This document shows, piece by piece, positions 45,347 through 57,525 of a DNA stretch of 64,000 nt (position 1 is its first letter; each line of letters starts with the position of its first letter). The stretch comes from Heteronotia binoei (lineage: Eukaryota). Location of the stretch: contig NC_083225.1 in NCBI RefSeq assembly GCF_032191835.1, positions 148,924,001 to 148,988,000 of the forward strand, given 5' to 3'. The notes beneath the pieces are model-generated. The model ran no database searches and had not been told where the DNA came from. It worked only from the letters and a program-made list of their open reading frames with translations. Made by a program: the position numbers and the translations under genes.

Positions 45347-47068
45347 ACACTAAAGAGCAGCCATGGAAAAATACTGCAGAGAGAGATCCTTAGGGCATTC
45401 AGTCATCTCATCCAGTGTAATGGCCCATACAGGCTGCATCAGATTTGACCAGCAGCAGCCTGTCTACTTGGATGTACTAAACAGATGTTTAGAGGGGGGA
45501 GTCGTGGTGCACAGCAGGTCTAGAATATGGCATGATCAGCTGCCACATACCAAATGGAGCCTCACTGCACTACTGGAAAAGCTAGGGATGCTTTTTGTCA
45601 TCTCATGGGCCACTTTGTTCCCCAGAATTTTCCAGGGGACAGAAGTGTCTTTTGCCACACAAACTTACATTGTCATGGAAAGTCAGGTTCAGAAGTGAAA
45701 CTGGTATTCTCTAGAATTTGACAGCACCATCCTAAGCAAAATTATACCCTTCTAAGTCCATTGAAGACAACAGTCTTTAAAAGGTGTAACTCTGCTTAAG
45801 ATTGCAATGCATTGCATTCCAGCACAATAGGCACATCGGGGTCATTATATAAAAAATACAAGCAGAGATGCAAACAATAAAGAATGTACTGGTTCCTTGT
45901 ATAACTCCCCCCCCCCCTCCCATTCTGTTCCTTATTAGTGAAACAGTAGACAAATCTCACCTTGATTAAAGTCTGTTATGCTGTTGGTCTGATAAAACTG
46001 TCCTGGAGACTGGGTCAGGTTCATGAGCCACCAGCTGGCCAGTTCTGGCTTAGACTGTGCTGCACTGAGCCTGTGGGATTAAAGACTTTAGCCCAACAGA
46101 TAATGACCAACAGCTGCCTTATTGCTGCAGTTCTTGTGCTGATTTGCCTTTTCTGTTTGTCTCTACCTTATGAAGTGGGGTGGGTGACTGCCAGAGACAA
46201 GGTTTTCTTTGAATGACTTAAACTGTTGGCAGACCACAGTGTTTGACAAAGGGCTCAGGTTCATATACATCTCCAGTAATAATGTCTATATAATTCTACA
46301 ATTAGTCCTTAAGATGCTACCAGCACTTCTGACTTTTTTGCCTCTGAGAGTCATTCCTATCTTCCACCCCAAAGCAGTAAACGTTACATATAATACTCTT
46401 AGCAAATGCTCTTTCTGGCCTTTATGCCCCCTTTCTTGCAAGCACTTAGATCTTCTCCTCCAAAAAATCATGATAGCAAGTCTCCCCAAAAAAAATCATG
46501 ACAGCAAAAAAAATCATGATAGCTACGTACCACTGTGTGTACATGTATGTGTGTGTGTGTTCGTGTGTATGTACAGTGCACATCTTGGATGTCATGGAAA
46601 GGAGCAAGGACCACTGAAATGGTCTTATCCAAGGCTCCCAAAAGTTGAGCATCAAACTTTTACTCCATTCACTGTAATTCAATGTAACAAAGAAGGCAGG
46701 GCTGCTTCACAACATGGCTTAGCAGCAGTGGTATTTATGATGGATAATACAGTTTCCTATCATGTCTCAGCATCCCCTGGTTTTGACATGTGTCCAATCA
46801 CTCTGAAGACTTTTACTCACAACAAATCCTCCTGACAAATGACACACTTGAAGAGCAGAATGAAGTCCAAGGAAAAGTGAAAGTCACCCTTTTTGCTATA
46901 TTTTCATATGGCATCACATTTTCTGTGTGATCACTTTTCTTTGTGGTCATGACAGATTAAGAAGCCTCCTTTTAAACAGATCCTGCTGGTTTGGTTTAAA
47001 AGGAATGGCACTCCAGTTCTAACAGGCCAGGTTCTATTGCACCTTGCAATGGTATAATTGTAAACCAT

Positions 47069-47354
47069 GGGCGTTTTCGCACAGACCTTAATCAGTAGCG
47101 ACGCCCCTCTTCACCGCGCAAGATCAGCGCGGATTTCGCACTAATTGCCGCGGAGCACCCGGAAGAGCCGGAAAGTCCCGCGGCTTTTGCGGCGCAAACG
47201 GAAACCGCCAAAAACCAGTTTCCATTTGCGCCGCAAAAGCCGCGGGACTTTCCGGCTCTTCCGGGTGCTCCGCGGCAATTAGTGCGAAATCCGCGCCGAT
47301 CCTGCGCGGTGAAGAGGGTCATCGCTACTGATTAAGGTCTGTGCAAAAATGCCC
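47069..47354. mobile_element. Fold-back (palindromic) PIF/Harbinger-like MITE
   Basis: ~135-bp arms; TIR GGGCGTTTTCGCAC / GTGCAAAAATGCCC; 3-bp TSD CAT; CpG-rich. Confidence 0.88.
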
Positions 47355-48079
47355 CATGTAATTATAGTTGCTGTACTCAGTAGTTTCTGCAACAGATTCT
47401 GATGTAGCTGCTAAAAAGCGCTAGAGGTCTTAATTTTGTGCCATTTTTATAAATTTTAAACAACATTTGGACTTTACAAGATTGAAAACAGCTCTGAATT
47501 ATTTCTTTAATTCTTTATTGGCACCATCCACAATTCAGATTAAAACCAATTCTCTCTGGAGACTATTTTGCCTCTATTCATCAATAGCACAAGAAGTCTA
47601 ATTATGTATAGTTTTATTAAATTATAATATAAAAGCAAGCCTGCATTGATCATTACTGAGTCCCCTGTGGTAAGCATCATCTTCTAGTAGTTAGGCATGG
47701 AACCGTTTTAGAAACCAAGATAATTCCCTACAATCATAGATGATAACCTGCCACAAATAGCTAAAATTAACACATATGAGTAGACCGATTAGTAAGTTCT
47801 CATGAAAAGACAAATGTCTATAAATTCATGGCCAAAAGTGGACAGAAACACTACAAATGGCAAAGCTGATAGGTGCAGATTAATAAACAATGACAACCTG
47901 TGTTTTACTTAACTTTTAAAAGGAATCTATTAAATCTTACATTCTGATAGACAAATGTGGCTTTAAATCCACAGACTGCAACCACGCTGACATAAAACAG
48001 ATACTTTTGCAAACTTGTGGGATCCTCAGGCACATGGAGAAATGCATTCAGATCATAACCATAAATAAATGGTTGCTCG

Positions 48080-48580
48080 TGTCACAACTGAGAGCAACCT
48101 ACCCCTGGGTGAGAACAGGTGGAGTGGAGACACAGCCCTAAAGAGGCAGCAGCCCAGCAGCAGGGCTGAGAAGAGAGGCAAGTGGAGCAGCTAGGAGGAA
48201 GGCTGACCAATACTAGCTCCCTATGGAGCAAAAGACATTTCTGGGGTAAAGGTCTCCTCAAGAGAAGAACATGCTTGGGAATAAGAGCAGAGAAACAGGA
48301 CTCCTTTGTGAGAAAGGCCACCCTGAGATGAATGGTTTGCCTAGGAGTAGAAGCAGGGAAACAGGAACTAGGAGTGACTGGGGGAGGGGAAGGATAAAAG
48401 GCCCCAGCTGAAGAAGGTAAGGGAGCAGCTGGCTGGAAGCTGGGAGAGGACTGTAGACCAAAAGTCTTGGGACCTTTTTAGGTGAGCATGTACTATGCCT
48501 CCTGACGCCTCCAATGTCAGCATTCCTAGTCACAAGAAAAGCCAAGAGGAAGCCAGGGTTTTCTTTACTGGCAGTTGACA
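48080..48580 (+). mobile_element. Solo LTR
   Basis: TGTCACAACTG...CAGTTGACA inverted termini; TATA-like GGATAAAAGG; TSD not found. Confidence 0.6.
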
Positions 48581-48604
48581 CAGTGTTTATATATATGTGT
48601 GTGT

Positions 48605-49303
48605 AACCGATTCCCCACTAGCCTTGTCCCGCTCTTACACTCCTCTTCTACATGGGGCTTCCTTTCGATTTTGCACAAGCTGCCCCGGGGCTGCAACTCA
48701 CTCTGCCTCTTTCATGCAGCAAGCAAGATCCTCTAAAAACTTTTTTCTGCTTGCTGTGCAAAAGAGGCAGAGTGAGTTGCAGCTAGGGTTCTCAAGTCCC
48801 CTGTGGCCTCTGGTGGGGGACTTTTTCCCCACATGCTATGCACGCATGGCACAATGATGTCACCTGGAAGTGACATCATCATGCCGACTCCACCACACGC
48901 TGGCCACACTAAGCGTTTCTGGGAAAACTCTGTGGTTTTCCCAGATGCTCTAGAAATGTGGAAGGTAAAACTCTATGGTACCTATTATACTATTGAGTTT
49001 ACCCTCCCAAATTGCTAGAGCATCTGCGGAAACCATAGAGTTTTCCCAGAAATGGCTAGAGCGGCCGGCGTGAGGCATTGCCGGCGTGATGACATCACTT
49101 CTGGGTGACGTCATTGCACTGGTGACATTGGGAGAGGTTCCCTTCACTGGCCCAATGTGAGCTGGTGGGTTGGAAACCTCCAGGGTGGGGAAAAACCCAC
49201 CTGGCCCGGGGGCTTGGCAACCCTAGTTGCAGCCCCGGGGCAGCTTGTGCGAAATTGGAGAAGAGGAACATGAGACCAGGACAAGGCTAGTGGGGAATCG
49301 GTC
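48605..49303. mobile_element. Palindromic Harbinger-like MITE hosting a hAT MITE
   Basis: TIR ACCGATTCCCCACTAGCCTTGTCC / GGACAAGGCTAGTGGGGAATCGGT; 3-bp TGT flanks; arms rejoin when 48784-49233 is removed. Confidence 0.8.
48784..49225. mobile_element. TAGGGTTGCCA-family hAT MITE (CRE/ETS subtype)
   Basis: Perfect 8-bp TSD GTTGCAGC (48776-48783, 49226-49233). Confidence 0.88.
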
Positions 49304-49399
49304 TGTGTGTCCTCAGTAAAAAAGTAAAAGGACCCCCACTGGTATAGAGGGAGATGGATGGCCACTTAAGGACTTAAGAAAAAGAAAATGGCTGCCACG

Positions 49400-49594
49400 T
49401 AAGATTACCAACCTTCCAGGTGGTGGATTACAGCTGATCTTCAGGCAACACAGATCAGTTCACATGAAGAAAATGGCAACTTTGGAAGATGGTATTATAT
49501 CTTACTGAATTCCCTCCCCTCCCCAAACCCCATCATCCTCAGGTTCCACCCCCAAAATCTCCAGGTATTTCCCAATCCAGTGTTGGCAACCCCA
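49400..49594. mobile_element. TAGGGTTGCCA-family MITE
   Basis: Degenerate termini; internal similarity to 12589-12807. Confidence 0.6.
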
Positions 49595-50560
49595 CTGCAC
49601 AAAACTGGGAGCAGGAAAATGTGGACTCAGCAGCTATCAAGGCATTGCTGTGATCTTTCCCAAAGTTTCTTAATGAAGCACGTCCAGGGAATAGCGGAGA
49701 AAATCCAAGTAAAACCCAGGAGTTGCACAAATGCACAATGATGCTGTAGGGAAGCAGGACAGAAAGCTCAGTTACTAACAGCACTGAACTGGAGACAAAT
49801 AGACCATAAGGGGGGAGGAATCAAAATTGGAGGGTTTTTTTGTTGCTTTAATAATAGAATCAAAATGAAACAACATAAAGCATGTGTGTTGCTAAAATGT
49901 ATCGACAAGGGCATTTCATCTATCAAATCACTTCAAAAAAAATCAGACTGGCAACAAACTTATCCAGACTTGTTAAGGACCATACTTTTAAAACCAATTA
50001 AGATAAAAGCTGAAAATAAACTTGTTATATGTAAGCCAAACAAAGAAACTCCGTTATTCAAAATATAGTTTATATGTAATGCTGGTGAAATAGAGAATGC
50101 CACTAGTTTTCTGGTAAGCCCCTGTCATTTATGCTAGCTCTTTGCCTACCTCTAAACTGAACAGTGTGGACAAAAAGAACCTCCTTTCAGCTTGCTTGCT
50201 TGTTTATTTGTTGCAAATAAAACTCTTTAAAAGGGAAGAAAAGTATCTGTCCATTGAGAATAAAGACTGTGAGATGAATTGACTTCATCATTATGTGCCT
50301 AAATCTGATTGGCCACATGATTTATGCATTCAGAATGAGGGCTGGAAATATTGCCTTATTGTAAATTAATTTTGCGATACTGCTATACAGCCTCCCTAAT
50401 CTGGTTCTCTGTGTACTTTGAGAATCTGGACCACTCAAGTGAGGAAGAAAACGCAAGAGAAGAAACATGCTGCCAAAGCAACATCAAACAACAGGTACAA
50501 CCAAATTAAGAGCAGTGGAACAATGCACTCTTTCTCCCACAAAACATTCAGCACATTGGA

Positions 50561-50755
50561 GAGGGACTGATGCTCAGTGGTAAAGCATGCAGAAGGTTCC
50601 AGGCTCACACTCTGTTAACTCCAGTTCAAAAAAGGATCACTACTAGTTGGTGACAAAAAGGTCTCTCTACCTGAGAACCTTAAGAACAATTTATAGTCAG
50701 AGGAGACAATACAGAACTTGAGAGACAACTGGTCTGACTCTGTATCAGGCAGGTT
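50561..50755 (+). mobile_element. Old tRNA-derived SINE
   Basis: GCTCAGTGGTAAAGCATG head; ACCTGAGAACC...AGACAATAC body. Confidence 0.5.
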
Positions 50756-51524
50756 CATTTCTTTTCAGGCATAATCTTATTTTATATAATCTAGTGTAAT
50801 AAAGTAAAGTTGTGCTGGAGAAAGTCCGTGGAATTAGAGCTGTGTATCGCCGTCTGTTTTAATGTCCTCTCAAGCAAATAGATCTTTTGAGCTGATAACT
50901 GAGCAGCTGCTTGCTGCAGAATGTCAGCAAGTTAAGATTATCTGTAATGAAGTATATTAGGATACATCATATATATTACTACTTCCTATATCTCATCAGC
51001 TAGTCTCCTAAGTGCTCTGAGAAATGTCCTTTGGCAGAATTGCTGTGCCTGTTCCATTTCTTATCTTGAAGGCATCACTTTTGCCATAGAACAAAAATTG
51101 CTTAAGAACTGATTGCTTAAGCGTGTCCAATAAAGAGGGTAAATGTTGGCAGGAATGAACCAGTGAGAACAGGGCGGCTTTTGTAAAGAATTCCTACAGG
51201 GAAGTTCCTTTAATGTCATGTAATTCCCCCCTCCCCCTTAATCTTTAAACTCTGCACTCAGGTGCTTTCTTTTTTGTCATTCAACACAGACATAATAAGC
51301 AGTAGAAGAAGCCAAAATGTGTATTTAAACTTCAGCATTTCTACTCACTAAGATCTGGTTACCTACTCTGTGAATTGCCAAAGCAATCTGAAGGAAAATT
51401 TGGGACAACAAATATAAACCTGTGGAAATTTTACATGAAGGGTGGGGGTTTTAGTCCTCCTTTTTTTGCTAAATATGACCACATAAGAAAATAAAGAGGG
51501 CAAGGCAAAAAAGAGGGCCTGTAT

Positions 51525-51720
51525 TAGGGCTGCCAACCTCTGGGTAGTGTCTGGAGTTCTCTCAGAATTACAACTACAGAAATCAGTTCCCCTAGAGAAA
51601 ATGGCAGCTTTGAAAGATGGACTCTGTGATATCACATCCCTGCTTAACTCCCTCCTTTCTACAAACTTTGTCCTCCCCAGGCACTGCCCCCAAATCTCCA
51701 GAAACTTCTGAGTCCTTGCC
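51525..51720. mobile_element. TAGGGTTGCCA-family MITE
   Basis: TAGGGCTGCCAACCTC start; family-typical interior; 3' end degenerate. Confidence 0.6.
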
Positions 51721-52079
51721 TACATCCTACCTCTCTGCTCAGCAGAGGCTGAAGCCTTCCACCAAATCAGAAGGAGCACATATTAATGATTCACACCCTG
51801 TTGAGAACAAAGGTTGGGTCTGGGGTACCCATCCTAGGTCCTTCTGTCGCTTAAATCAAAAACTGATTCAACCTACTCAACCACAAAGAAGTGAATTTAT
51901 ATAACGAATTCACTTTGGTCACCTGGATTCCCTAATAAGTATTCCTGTTGTGTTCTACACTATTCTAGAAGGAACACAAAAGGGACAAACTGAATTCTAC
52001 AAAGAAGAAATTTACTTTCATGGTTGTTTGTACACATTATACCTTTCCCTATTACCTTTGATTTGATTGATAAAATAAG

Positions 52080-52760
52080 GCTGTCACTGGGGGAGTATTG
52101 ATGCAGTCCATCAGTGTAACTCAGTCATACATTCATTTTTGGAAAGGGATCCTTTTTCACACATTTTGCAATGTGGTAGGTGCCTCTGGCAGTGGCAGCT
52201 GTTTCAAGGCAACTGCACAAGTCCCATTCTTTCCAGCTGGTATATTCATAGGCCATTAATGTCGTAGACCACCCATGGTGATGCCATCTGTGGCACTGCT
52301 AGCATTCCTTTAACTAATAAAATCAGAGTTTGTGGTCAGTACAAATACTACATTTGCATTTATATCAGCCCATGAAATGTCTATACTTAAGAGATAGTAG
52401 CAAATGTTCCCAGATGAGCCATTAATCATTGATAATTGTGCTCACATGGATTCCAGTTAACTTTTATGAATATTTTTGTGCCCCTCGATATGACTTCTCC
52501 CCCAGCTTTTGGTGATGAGGAGGCACTTGAAGGATGTGAAAGTGTTTGGAAGGAGATTTTTAGGCTTTAAAAAGTCCAGGCAGTTAAGTAAATCAGCACA
52601 CAGCATTTTTAAGAGCCTTTTGATGCACATTAGCATACACATTAATGAACAGCAACAGGTTTTAAAAGAGGCTTTTAATTCCATACATTTTCAAAGCAAG
52701 GTATTTATGAACATTTGTGCCCAGCAAAAGGGTTTTAAAACAGTCTTTTCATCTGTATCA
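52080..52760 (-). pseudogene. Fossil Gypsy/Ty3 pol, RT C-terminus/RNase H part
   Basis: Minus-strand fragments DLLN..LLPN..SWG, CTDHKL, TLMAYEY, ALKQLPLPEAP, LMDCINTPPVTA match the Gypsy order (GLLNYY.KFLPN, W.WG, TDHKPL, LSAYEY, ALSRLPLP, SPVTA). Confidence 0.65.
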
Positions 52761-53093
52761 ACAGGCAAATTCACTAATGGCACTACAAAAATAATGTGCT
52801 TTCAAGTTTGTTTTAAGGCACTGTGGCAGCAACAGTTCAGAATAGCAATGACTATGATCAAGCATGAAAAAAATTGCAATAAAGTAGAAGAGTTTTCTGT
52901 TCTTTTCTGCACTTTTCATTACAGCAGTCTTTGCAATAAAATCTAAACATACTGAAAATACAGACAGCAAATCATAATGGTTTCTTTGTACCATACTCTT
53001 CCTGATAAATGAATGTTATTCCAATACCATAAGGAAAACTCACATCTCAAAAACTGCTCTTTTCAGACTGAGAGTATATCAGAACATCTAAGA

Positions 53094-53672
53094 CAGGAGT
53101 GTCAAACTCATTTGTTATGAGGGCTGGATCTGACATAAATGAGACCTTCAGGCTGTGCCATGTCAGGCTGGGTCATGTGTATACTTACTTAAGATTAGGT
53201 AGCAGAGATATAAACTTTATAAAGGACACAGACAAACACAATTAAATTTTTAAAAAAAACTTAAAACATTAGTACTCGGTAGTCTTAAAGGTGCTTTCTT
53301 TGTATTTCTCCCATGGGATCCAGGGAACTGGGCAAAGGAAGCTCTGACTCTTTCCTTCCTTTCCTAGAGGGCCAGGAGGGGGAGGAGCCTCAGTCAATAG
53401 AAGGAAGAGAGGTTTGGCTCAGTAGCTCTGCTGTGCAATTGAGAGTGCCTGGCAAAGCAAGCTCTGCGTCCCCCCCCCTTTTCTCCCCAAGGGATGAGCC
53501 TCAGCCAATGGAGAAAATAGAGATTTTGCTCTGTAGCTCCTGAGTGATTTAGCAAGCCTTGCAAAGCAAGCTGTTATGCAGAAGGGAGCAAAAGAGAGAG
53601 AGAAGAAAGTAGATGACAGCCAGTTGCTTGGGGGCCTGATTCGGCCCCTAGGATGCATGTTTGACACCCCTG
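53094..53672. mobile_element. Charlie-like hAT non-autonomous element
   Basis: TIR CAGGAGTGTCAAAC / GTTTGACACCCCTG; partial TSD ATCTAAGA/ATCTACAT. Confidence 0.75.
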
Positions 53673-53730
53673 ATCTACATCTGATTACCTGTTATTGCCA
53701 AATAACACTTTGCATTTTCCTTAATTGTAC

Positions 53731-54770
53731 AGAAGAACCACTGATTTCAGGAGGGATGTTGAAAGATCTGAGTTGGGTTGAGGTGACAAGACAGGAGGTC
53801 CTATGTCTCATGAACAAATTAAAAACTGACAAATCACCAGGCCCAAATGGCTTACATCTAAGAGTTCTGAAAGAACTCAAGTGTGAACTTGTGGATCTCC
53901 TGACAAGAATGTGATCTGTCATTAAAATCTTCCTCCATTCCTGAGGACTGGAAGATAGCTAATGTAACCCCCATTTTAAAAAAAATTTCCAGAGATCTGG
54001 GAAAATACAGGCCAGTCAATCTAACATTGATTCCAGGTAAGTTGGTGGAATCCATTATTTAAGATAGCATCAGTAGGCACATTGATGAACAAAAGCCATT
54101 AAGGAAGAATCAACATGGATTCGGTAAGGAAAGGTCTTGTCTCACTAACCTGTTAGAGTTCTTTGAAGGGGTAAACAAACATGAGGACAGCATGTGGACC
54201 CAATAGGTGTTGTTTACCTAGAGTTCCAGAAAGTTTTTGATAAAGCTCCTCATCAAAGGGTCCTAAGTAAACTCAGTAGTCATGGAATAAGAGGACAAGT
54301 CCTCTCATGGATTGAAACCTGGTTAATTAACAGGAAACTGAGAGTGAGTATAAATGTTCACAGTGAATAGTGGTAATACATGGGTTACCACAGGGCTCAG
54401 TACTGGGTCTGGTGCTTTTTAATTTGTTAATTAATGATTTGGAGTTTGGAGGAAGCAGTTAAGTGGCTACATTTATGGATGGCACTAGGTTGTTCAGGGT
54501 GGTAAGAACAGAGATGACTGTGAGGAGCTCCAGAGGGATCTGTCAAGGCTGGCTGAGTGAGTGTCAATGTGGCAAATGAGGTTCAACATGGACAAGTAAA
54601 AAGTAATGCACATTGGAGCAAAAAATCCTAACTATAAATACATGTCAATGAGGTCCAAAATGGTGGAGACTGATAAGCAGAGAGATCTTGGAATTGTGGT
54701 AGGTTACTCACTGAAAATGTTGATTCAGTGTGCAACAGCAATGAAAAAGGCAAATGTTATGCTGAGAATT
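53731..54770 (+). mobile_element. Older CR1 fragment, RT region
   Basis: EPLISGGMLKDL...KSPGPNGLHLRVLKEL; degenerate PQGSVLG region; ends at KKANVMLRI; many stops. Confidence 0.85.
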
Positions 54771-55760
54771 AAGAACATAAGAGAAGCCATGTTGGATCAG
54801 GCCAATGGCCCATCCAGTCCAACACTCTGTGTCACACAGTGGCCAAAAAAATTATATATATAATAATGCCCACGAGCTCTTGTATTGTGAGAAAGGGAGA
54901 AAAGTACTTCTTTCTCTACTTTCTCCATCCCATGCATTATCTTGTAAACCTCTATCATGTCACCCCGCAGTTGACGTTTCTCCAAGCTAAAGAGCCCCAA
55001 GCGTTTTAACCTTTCTTCATAGGGAAAGTGTTCCAACCCCTTAATCATTCTAGTTGCCCTTTTCTGGACTTTTTCCAATGCTATGATATCCTTTTTGAGG
55101 TGCGGTGACCAGAATTGCACACAGTATTCCAAATGAGACCGCACCATCGATTTATACAGGGGCATTATGATACTGACTAATTTGTTTTCAATTCCCTGGT
55201 CTTTCAACACCCCTTCTAAAATTAGTGGTTCTGGAGCGGGCAAACACTTCTCATCTTCCAAAGTGAAGACAGAGGCAAAAAATGCATTCAGCTTCTCAGC
55301 CATTTCCCTATCCTCCTTCAGTAATCCTTTGACCCCTTGGTCATCCAAGGGCCCCACTGCCTCCCTGGCTGGTTTCCTGCTTCTAATATATTTGAAGACA
55401 TTTTTATTGTTGGTCTTTATGTTTTTTACAATATGCTCCTCATAGTCCCTTTTAGCCTGCCTGATCACAGTCTTGCATTTGATTTGCCATAACCTGTGTT
55501 CCCTTTTATTGATCTCACTTGGACTAGCTTTCCACCGCTTAAAGGAGTCCTTCTTACCTTTTACAGCTTCCATTAATTTGTTTGTTAACCATGCAGGCCT
55601 TTTCTTATACCTGTTTGTGCCTTTCCTAACTTGTGGTATATATTTTATGTGAGCTTCTAGGATTGTAGTTTTAAATAGCCTCCAAGCTTCCCCAAGAGTT
55701 TTGACTCTATTTACCTTTCCTTTCAGTTTCCTCTTCACATGCCTCCTCATCACAGAGAAT

Positions 55761-56330
55761 TTACCCCCTTTTAAAGTTAAACGTGGTCGTGCTGGTGTTT
55801 TGGGACAGCTCTCTATTTATACAAATGGTGAAATCAATAACATTATGGTCACTGCTCCCAAGCGGTGCGATCACTTTTACATCTCTCACTAAGTCTTGGG
55901 CATTACTTAGGACCAAATCCAGGATCGCCCCACCCCTGGTAGGTTCTGAGACCATCTGCTCCACAGCACAGTCATTGAGAGCATCAAGAAACTCAATCTC
56001 TTTCTCTCGGCCAGAACACATATTGACCCAATCAATCTGCGGGTAGTTAAAATCACCTATTATGACACAGTTTTTATGTTTAGCCGCTATCTTTAATCCT
56101 TCCATCATATTATATTCGTCCTCTATCATTTGATTTGGTGGGCGATAACAAACTCCCATAGTTAAATTTCCTTTTGGGCCCTCTATTTCAACCCAAAGCA
56201 TTTCTAGAAGGGAATCTAATTCTCTGACCTCAGTCTTACTGGACCGTATACCCTCTCTGACATACAGAGCCACCCCACCTCTAACCCTTCCCTCCCTATC
56301 CTTCCAATATAACTTATATCCAGGAATCAC
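55761..56330 (-). pseudogene. CR1 ORF2 apurinic endonuclease
   Basis: GGVALYV, GVCYRPP, GDFNYPQIDW, LDLVLSN, SSDHNVIDF. Confidence 0.9.
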
Positions 56331-56858
56331 CGTGTTTCACTGATTCTCCTCATTCTACCAAGTTTCTGAAATTCCCACAATGTCTATGTTTTCTCCCAAC
56401 ATGAAACATTCCAACTCACCAATTATACTTCAAACACTTCTAGCATTTGCATGCAAACATCTATAATTTCCCAGGCAAGCTAGGCCCACAACCTTCCTCT
56501 TGCCGCCTCGAGACTTTGGCAGACAATCCATACTGTTTGTCACCATCTCAGTGGTGTCACCATCTCATCTCCATTACCCAGTAGAAAAGTAACAGCTAAC
56601 CCGTCATCTCTTTGAGATGAGTCCTCCTGAACCAGAGACGTTTCATCTCCTGTCGGCTTTCCCCTGAGATTTAGTTTAAAAACTGCTCTGCCACCTTTTT
56701 GATTTTAAGCACCAGCAGCCTGGTTCCATCTGGGGACAAGTGGAGACCGTCTCTTTTGTACAGCTCCCGCTTGTTCCAGAAAGCATCCCAGTACCTAACA
56801 AACTTAAACCCTCCCTACACCATCATCTCATCCACACATTGAGACTTCTAATTTGTGC

Positions 56859-57516
56859 CTATCTCTCCTGCCCTGCACGTGGAACAGGTATCACTTTTGA
56901 GAAGGCTACCTTGGAGGTCCTGGCCTTAAGTCTCCTGCCTAGCAGCCTAAATTTTTCCTCCAGGACCTCACGACTGCATTTCCCCACATCGTTGGTGCCA
57001 ACATGCACCATGACCACTGGCTCCTCCCCAGCACTGGCTATCAGCCTATCTACTACACGCGTAATGTCTGCTACCTTCACACCAGGCAGGCAAGTCACCA
57101 TACAGTCAGCACACGGTTTTGCCACCCAGCTGTCTTCTTGCCTAAGGATCGAATCACCAACTACCAAGACCCCCCCCCCTCTCCCTGCCCAGGGATGGTT
57201 CCTTGGTGCGAAAGGATTCCCGCTCACCAACTGAAGAAGAGGTTCCTTCTGAGGGCGCATTCCCTTTATCCTCAGCACGATGCCCTCTTCCCTCTCGACC
57301 CTCATGCTCCCTGGCAGTAACAGGGCTGTCACGTTCAGAGCGGGGCTCATCTAATACATCCCCGAGAGTCTTCTCCAAGTGCCTAACTGACTGTCTCTGC
57401 TTCTCCATGTCAGTCACCTCGGCCTCAAGGGTATGAACTCGTTCCCTAAGGACCAGGAGCTCCTTGCATAGAGCACATACCCAAGACTTCTGTCCTGTGA
57501 GCAGATAGTCATACAT
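56859..57516 (-). pseudogene. CR1 ORF1: zinc-finger/leucine zipper plus SGNH esterase-like domain (frameshifted)
   Basis: WVCALCKELLVLRERVHTLEAEV zipper; VVGDSIL, CLPG, VHVGTND SGNH blocks. Confidence 0.85.
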
Positions 57517-57525
57517 GTGCTCGCT

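Larger units (their letters stand above)
54771..57524 (-). mobile_element. Younger CR1 LINE with ORF1 and endonuclease, RT core deleted
   Basis: Tail AAGAACATAAGAGAAGCC at 54771; ORF1 and EN present; internal deletions at ~55197 and ~54865. Confidence 0.92.

Noticed and set aside
46209-46835. 208-aa ORF, the longest ORF outside TEs
   Set aside because: Runs through the KKNHDS repeat and a (TG)n tract; no motif or coding-like structure recognised
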